Shown here piece by piece: positions 58,700-64,000 of a stretch of DNA of 64,000 bases. How positions within the stretch are numbered: the first letter of the stretch is position 1; every line of letters starts with the position of its first letter. Below the pieces are notes generated by a model. It saw only the letters and a program-made list of their open reading frames with translations. It searched no databases and was not told the DNA's origin. Made by a program: the position numbers and the translations under genes. Source of the DNA: Eledone cirrhosa (Eukaryota); the NCBI GenBank assembly GCA_964016885.1, contig OZ024743.1:261330001-261394000 (forward strand), written 5' to 3'.

Positions 58700-61600
58700 A
58701 ATAATCGTCCCTACCCCTGCTTATTAATTTTTCAGAAATTTTCAATTTTCATCTAAAAACTGTAGACTTGGTGGCAATGGATGCCATTGAGTGAGTGCCA
58801 CGCCCACTAAGAAAAGTGGTGGAGGGAAGGTAGGAGTACAAAGCTTGCAGCCGTCCCCCCTCGCATCATCGAAAAACGTGGAAAATATCGAAACCGCGAA
58901 ACCAAACCCGGCAAATAATACCAGCACCAACAACAAGAACAATGACAACAACACCACAACCAACAATAGCAACACCAATATTACCAACAGTGACAGTAAC
59001 ACGAAAGACAACAACACCAAAACAACATTCGCACAGACCGTAAAAAAAAACGAACTATACACGCCAATAGACATAACAAATGCTAAACAACTATTACAAG
59101 ACGCAAAACAATTCGTGACTTTTGGCGAAAACGGTGCTTTTAGCATCAATTCTCCACAGGAATTACGTAGAGAGGCTGTCCTGAAAACTGTGGTTTTCAG
59201 GACAATATCGAACGTAACAAGAAAACCAGCTCAATTATCACAAAATGAAATTGAGATGGTTCTAAAAGACGCAATGAAGGACTTAACCTTCATACAAAAA
59301 GGTAAACTGTTTGGTAGTATTTCGGTGCTGATGAACAACCAGTCAACAGCTCAAAAGTACTCGGTAGCACCCATTGTGTCCCCCCGCTTCACCTTTTACC
59401 CCACATACAGGGGAAAAGGGACACAAAGAATAAAAATAATGAGTATCACACCAAATGTAAACATTTGGTGGATACTATGTGGAATAATTAACTTTGACGA
59501 AGACAAGATAATTTCAATAGGAAAGTCCTCCGGGGGTGTATTTGGTGGGACCACCGTAGAAGTTCTGGTGCAAATGAGCCCAGAACGAATAGCAAATATC
59601 CCACAACGCGTGCCTCTGGACGGGCTAACTTATATAAACATTTCAGTGGAGGGAAGGCGGCCGTCATGTTACCACTGCTTAAGCAGGGGTCACCTGAGGG
59701 CTGCCTGTCCTCAATTAACGAGTAAAAAAAAAAAAGGCTCTTCTGCCAACCCCGAACACAACACAACCACCACCACCACCACAACAACAACAACAACAAC
59801 AACAACAACACGGAAAAATAACAACACAAAACACTGTTCCACCCAACCCCTCCCCACCTAAAACAAATACAAAAGCAACCACAACAAAACCCCAAAATAT
59901 ACCTCTCCCCAACAACACGGAAGAGGACTCCGTATCAACGTCACCCAGTGACGACGAGGGAGAACCCTTTCAACAGGTGAAAAGGAAAAAAAAAAGGCAC
60001 CACATTAACAAAAATGCCACAAACACACAACCACCAGCACAAACAGAACAAACATCACAAATAAAAAAACCCACCCTCCCCAAAACATAACACGTACTAC
60101 AAAACGCAAACACGCGCAAGAACAACAAACAAAAACAAACACAACACAACAAAAACTCTATACATACATTAACAAGAACAATAAAACGTTGATGAAAGCG
60201 ATAGAAAATAACCCTTCGGTGGAAACCGAAGGGATCACTTTCACCTACGCAGCGAACAAACCGCGCCTAATGATGATTAGGGTCCCAACGGAAACCTATG
60301 TAACTTTAAAAAAGAACCATCCAATGCATGTGGGGACCAACTGCACCAAACCACATAACAGCGTCCTATTGAGATGTTTCCCCACCCCCACACCAGACAT
60401 CCACACCCCACCAAACACCCTAATCCCACCACACACTGATGTCCTCACCCCACCACAAACCACCACCCCACCAAACAACCCTTCCAACACCCCCATGGAA
60501 ATTGTGCAGCCTGGTCCCCAGGAGACGAAGAGGTAAGTAATTTCCTTTCCTCTTCCTTTTTACCTCTTCAGCACCAACATGGCCAATATAAGAGTTGGAT
60601 GTGTGAATGCACGCGGCTTGGGGATGTCCTGGAAACAGGGCAAACTCTTAAATGACCTCAGGTCGCACAGAGTGGATGTAATGGTTATTTGCGAGTCCAG
60701 GATCAGCAGCGAGCGCCAACTGGCCCCCATCTTCGACGACTTTGAGATCTACGCATCTCTCTGTCAGCCGAGGGGTGGGCGTGGGGTTGTCGTTCTGCTG
60801 CGAAAATACCTGGGTCTTGCCACACAGAAGGTACACCTGGACCCGGAGGGTCGACTGGTGGTTTTAGACGTCGGCAGTGGTGAAGGTGGAGCTTTCAGGC
60901 TGGTGGCAGCGTATGCCCCATCTGGGACACCGCGACCGGACTTCTTCCGACGCCTGGAGAATTTCCTGGGAACGTCTCGCTCCTTGCTTTTAGTGGGGGA
61001 CTGGAATGGTATCCTGGATGCACGTTGGGACTATGTAGGGGCATGTCCCGATAGAGGGGGTGTAACAGCCTCAAACGATTAATCGGCCGATTTGATCTGG
61101 CCGATAGATATCGACTGGATTTTCAGACTGTGCCACGGTGGACGTGGAGTAATCGCAGCGGAACATCCAGGTCGTACCTAGATAGGTTCCTAGTTAGAAA
61201 TAAGGATAGGGACATATTAAGCTGTCCACGAATGTTCATGGTTGACTATTCGGATCACAAGTCGTTGACCGGAGTGGTCAACCTTGATAGAACTCATAGA
61301 CAGGGACCCGGTTACTGGAAGCTAAACTTGTCTTTACCGACAAACAAAGCTTACAGTAAGCGGATTAGCACACTAGTTAAGGAGCGTTTGACGGGGGCAA
61401 TTGTCAACAACAGGTGGTGGGGCTCTCTCAAGAGAGAAATTAGAATAAAATCGATAGGTTTTAGTCGGGAATTAGCATCAGATAGGAATAGAACTGAAAG
61501 GGAATTAACAAATAGAGTAGAAGAGGCGATTAGGAGTGGCAACGTGGCCGGCGTGCTGGCGTCAAGAACGGCCCTAGACCAGTTCTTTGATGCGAAGCAC

Positions 61601-64000
61601 GAGGGCTGCGTTGTCAGGAGAAAAATACGTGCTCTGGGTAACGAGGGAGCCAAAGCTGTTAGCTGAGCCCGAGTGACAGAGGCAAAAAGTGGAAACAAGT
61701 CCACGATTCGGTCTTTGAAGGACCAGGATGGACGCGTGATCCTTGAACCTGAGCGGATGAGCGCGGCCTTTCAACGGCGCTTTGAACGACTGTTCGGGAG
61801 GAGCGGCGGGCCGGGTGGGGCCATGGATTTCGGTCCATACCTCGACGGTCTGGCGCGGTTCTCGGACGGGGAGGCGAAGTCTTGCGAGAGGCCGATTTCA
61901 GCCGCTGAAATAGGGGAAGCGCTGAGCCAATGCGGCAAACGCAAATCTCCGGGTCTCGATGGTCTACCATACGAACTTTATGTAGCGATGCCGGGCTTGT
62001 TCTCCGGTCTCCTCGAGGCGGTCTACTGCAACTGGCAACAGAACGGGAGAATTCCCAGTTCTGTGACCAAGGGCGTAGTCACGCTGGTGAGGAAGGACGA
62101 GAACAAGGGGGATGACATAGATAACTTCAGGCCCATAACTCTGCTAAACACAGAGTTAAAGATTTTGGCCAAGGTGTTAGCGAAGAGGTTGGCGCTTGTC
62201 GTCGCGAACCTGGTGGGAGAAGCGCAGACATGCGCAATCCCGTCCAGGTCCATACACAACCTCCACCTCATGCGATACATCGTAGAGAGGGTAGGGAACG
62301 AACCCGGCTTTGGTGGGGCCCTGATCAACTTGGATCAATCTAAAGCGTTCGATAGGGTTGACCATCGGTACCTGGATGCGGTGCTCGCGGCGGCAGGCTT
62401 CGGACCCGTTTTCAGGGGCTGGATTGCTGCAATGCACAGCAGCAACACCTGCTCGAGGGTCAAGGTGAACGGCTACCTCTCGGAGCCGTTCCAAATCACG
62501 CTATCCATTCGACAGGGATGCCCTCTCTCCTCCCTCCTGTATGTGCTGGCTCTCGAGCCACTACTGAGGAAGCTGGAGCTGTTGCAGGGCATCCCCTTGG
62601 AACCGGGATTGCGAAAAGCGGTGTCGGCCTACGTCGATGACGTGACAGTAATGGTGTCGTGCGCCTCGGAAATCGGGCAGATCGGCACCTTACTGGAGGA
62701 ATATGAAAGGTTCCCAGGAGCCAAGCTGAACCGGGACAAGTCCGTCGGTTTGCAACTCGGGACGTGGAGGGGCAAAACGATGCCCTCCGACGGCATCGTC
62801 GGACGCTGGACGGAGGGATCAGTGAAGCTGCTCGGGGTCTGGTTCGGAAGTGGGCCGAGTGCAAACTATCCCTGAAAGGTCGAGCGGAGGTGGCGAACGC
62901 TTATATAGCGTCCGTCATCTACTACCGCTTGACCGTCGTGCCTTGCCCAGAGAAAACACTCGCCAAAATGGAGCGCGCGCTCTTCCGATTTCTTTGGAAG
63001 AAGCGGGCTCCTTTGGTGAGAAGATCCATCTGCTGTCAACACCCTTCGAACGGAGGGCTGGGGATGCCGTGGCTGACGATGCGTAGACACGCATTAAGGC
63101 TACGGCACCTCCAGGTATTCCTCACCGGTCAGCCGGTGTGGGCCCTGTTTGTGAGGCGAGCCTTTCCGAGACTCGTCTCACTCACCGAGCTGCAATCCTG
63201 GGTCAAGCAAAAACCGAGAAAAGTGGGCGACTGGCACATTGAATGTGCCCAGGCGCTCACGGCCCTCTGGCAAGCGGATCCGGCAATCAGTGGAGACTCA
63301 ACCTCAACATTCTATAGAGGGTTGGTGCGCAGTAAGTGCGACGACGCTCTCGGAGAGGCTCTGGGCATGGAGGAAGACGAGCTGGCCAGTCTATTCGGTA
63401 GGACGTTTGGCCCGGGACAACTTCCAAAAGTCCCTGGCTTGGCAATGTTACCGAGGAGCTCTACCCGTTCGGGACAAGCTCTACAGACACGGGCGCCCGT
63501 GACGAGGAAACCGTCGCACACGCATTTGTACACTGCCCGGGCGTTGCTGACCTGTGGGGCTATGTAGAACGACTACTGTCGCGGGTGGGACCAATCCGGT
63601 TGACCACCGAGAACATTGTCACAATCAAACCGCCTCCCCCTTTCAAAAACGAAGGAGAGGCGGTTTTCCTGTGTGATAGCCATGGCGAAAGAAGTTGTAT
63701 GGTGGACAAGGTTGAAAGGGCTGAGGTCAGACACCTATCTCTCCGGCCAACAACTGGTCTTTTTTTTCAAGTACCACTTTAGAAGAAGGATCAGAATGGA
63801 GAGAGAGGTGCTCTACCCCAGCAAGTTTTATGAAAGATGGGTGAAAGTAGCGAGAATGGCCCGAGTGAATGGGCCTTCTCTCTATATCAGCCTGTAGGTG
63901 AGAGAGGAGAAGAATGAGAAGAGGAAGGAAGCACCCGCTCTTTGTGCTCCTGAAGAGGAGGGTTGCACATTTTTTCGGGGGTGTGTGCGACCCATGTCAA
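58700..64000 (+). mobile_element. Near-full-length Tx1/L1-clade LINE; 3' UTR runs off the window
   Basis: ORF1 at 58791-60536 (CCHC CYHCLSRGHLRAAC). ORF2 at 60579-63897 with APE (NARGL, VGDWN, SDH), RT (YVDD) and C-terminal domain; several frameshifts. Confidence 0.95.

Overview
Gene-free, repeat-saturated animal intergenic or intronic DNA. The combination of long (TA)n/(CA)n tracts, RTE elements with (GAT)n tails and tRNA-derived SINEs with (ATT)n tails suggests a coleoid cephalopod such as Octopus; this is inference. I can support no host gene. Nearly every long ORF is a decayed transposon ORF: CR1/L2-group, RTE, Tx1/L1, R4/Dong and CRE LINEs, Penelope-like (PLE) fragments, Gypsy RT, Helitron Rep, and a Chapaev3 transposase whose element still has both TIRs and TAA TSDs and carries a nested non-coding LTR element. 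Two signals are not visible in the ORF track. (1) There are about a dozen type I hammerhead ribozyme (HHR) motifs in short non-coding elements, many of them fold-backs, sitting in (TA)n tracts. Recurrent non-canonical features include a U.U pair at the base of stem II, palindromic stem III loops that covary, very long stem II insertions, an extra-nucleotide GAAAGAACUU variant, and a covarying RCUC...GAGY stem downstream. (2) A piggyBac-type MITE copy at 56857-57075 carries about 35 strand-specific A-to-G changes in an ADAR-like context, which makes it a probable genomic fossil of a hyper-edited RNA. All alignments, counts and folds were done by eye, and element boundaries are approximate unless TIRs or TSDs are given.
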